A DNA stretch of 64,000 bases from Tubulanus polymorphus. Its lineage: Eukaryota > Animalia > Nemertea. The DNA lies in NCBI RefSeq assembly GCF_964204645.1, contig NC_134034.1, positions 7,228,914 to 7,292,913 of the forward strand. Direction: 5' to 3'. The notes under the pieces are model-generated. The model saw only the letters and a list, made by a program, of their open reading frames with translations. It was not told where the DNA came from and searched no databases. Position numbers and translations under genes: made by a program. Positions 62,664 through 64,000 of the stretch are shown here, one piece after another (positions within the stretch are counted from its first letter, which is position 1; every line of letters begins with the position of its first letter).

Positions 62664-64000
62664 TAACTATCTGCCTTGGTTACAGCATTAACATCACGAT
62701 AATCTAAACACAGTCGAATAGTGTTATCCGGCTTACGAACCACGACAATACTGCTGCACCACGGACTATCAGATTCTTCAATCACGCGTGCTTTCAGCAT
62801 GTCATCGACTAACTTATTGACTTCTTCTTGTGTTGCTAGGGGCAACCGCCGGAAGCGTTGTTTTGTCGGAACAGCGTTACCTACGTCGATGACGTGTAAA
62901 GTCTCTGAGGCCTCTCCAAGATCTAAATTAGAGGAGGCGAAAACGTCCGAAAATTCAGATAGTAGTTGTTTCACATCGTGACATTCATCAGTGGACAGAC
63001 CTTCGCAACTCCGGTGGTACAAATCTTGTAGAAATTCAGGTAATTGGTCGTTTGAATTCGACGTTTTCGATGTACTAGTTTCAGTATATATTTTAGAAAT
63101 TTGTCCGATTACCCCTAAGGGTGTCCCTTTATGAATGATCTTCGGATGCGAGCTAAGGTTCACCATACGAACAGGAATACGACTACTATTTATATTAACG
63201 ACCTCTTTAGCGACGAGTACTTCTGGCCCTAGCCTCCAGTTAATGCTAGATTCTATTAAACCCCATTGTCCAGGTGGTAACGCCGTCTTTACATGACCCG
63301 ATACCACAACTTCAGAATTCGGAGGTAAGACTAATTTCTCATAGTTACGAACGTAGGTAGAGTTCTGTTCGAGATGGCCCGTCGGATTAGAAAAAGCTTG
63401 ATTCCCCCGGCATGTCACAGTGCCGGTACCCGGGTGGATATGGCAGTCATATGCGACAAGAAAATCCATTCCTAGAATAGCATCATCTGTGATGTCAGCG
63501 ACTATCACGTCCCACATTATGTTAGAAGAAACGAGACCCAACGGAACTCTAGCTGTCCCTGCGACATCCAGGGAGCTATTATCAGCAGTATATAAATTAT
63601 ACTTTGTGTCCCTCAAGGTGAGTTTCTTCTTTTCGCTGATTTCAGAAAATAATTTCTTACTCCACACTGTGAAGTGTGCGCCCGTATCTACTAAATACTT
63701 CGTGTCACGGCCGAGAATTCTTGCAGACAGATGTATAGATTCAGGTAAAGCATTCTCATATGAAAGAACCTTGATCTTTCCTGGCTGATTAAATTCGATA
63801 GGTAGGTGAGGATGTGTCTGTCCGGGTGTTACCCCTTCCCTCTCAGGAGTAACGGTATCTAGTTTCCCTGCTTCTTTGTGTAACTCGGCTTGGATTGTTC
63901 CCATGGTCTATTGGGAGCTTGTCTTCGACCTCCGAGGTGGGGACAATTGACTCGGATGTGGCCCTGTTGGTCGCAGTTAAAACATCTTCGATTTTCTGCA

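Larger units (their letters stand above)
59864..64000 (-). mobile_element. Ty3/Gypsy element (gag knuckle, PR, RT, RH, IN; partial 3' LTR), continues beyond the window
   Basis: CFNCDQQGHIRVNC, LVDTGA, LDLASGYWQ, YLDD, TDAS, HSDQGRNF; LTR end ..GTAACA at 59864. Confidence 0.93.

Overview
This is AT-rich eukaryotic (animal) genomic DNA; a marine invertebrate is my inference from the repeat types. Only one host gene is recognisable: a YAE1 homologue on the + strand with coding exons 12248-12346, 53587-53708 and 53821-54229 (630 nt, 209 aa). Its first coding intron is about 41.2 kb and is packed with nested transposons. Elements resolved by TSDs, termini and restored empty-site reading frames: MULE MITE > APE-LINE > inverted Penelope; MULE MITE > Penelope; CR1-like LINE > Gypsy > Helitron > pogo-like transposon with an intact 701-aa transposase; two DIRS1 elements, one split by a PIF/Harbinger; a Polinton remnant split by a Helentron-like element and a Gypsy; and several HINE-like repeats. 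Two things stand out. First, there are six hammerhead-ribozyme-like motifs, three of them in tiny (143 to about 255 bp) TSD-flanked non-coding Penelope-derived inserts. Second, the CR1-like LINE has an IMPACT/YigZ-like domain at the end of ORF1 and a roughly 190-codon hydrophobic leader plus a 2A-like ribosome-skip motif before ORF2. All calls come from reading the sequence by eye; no database searches were run.
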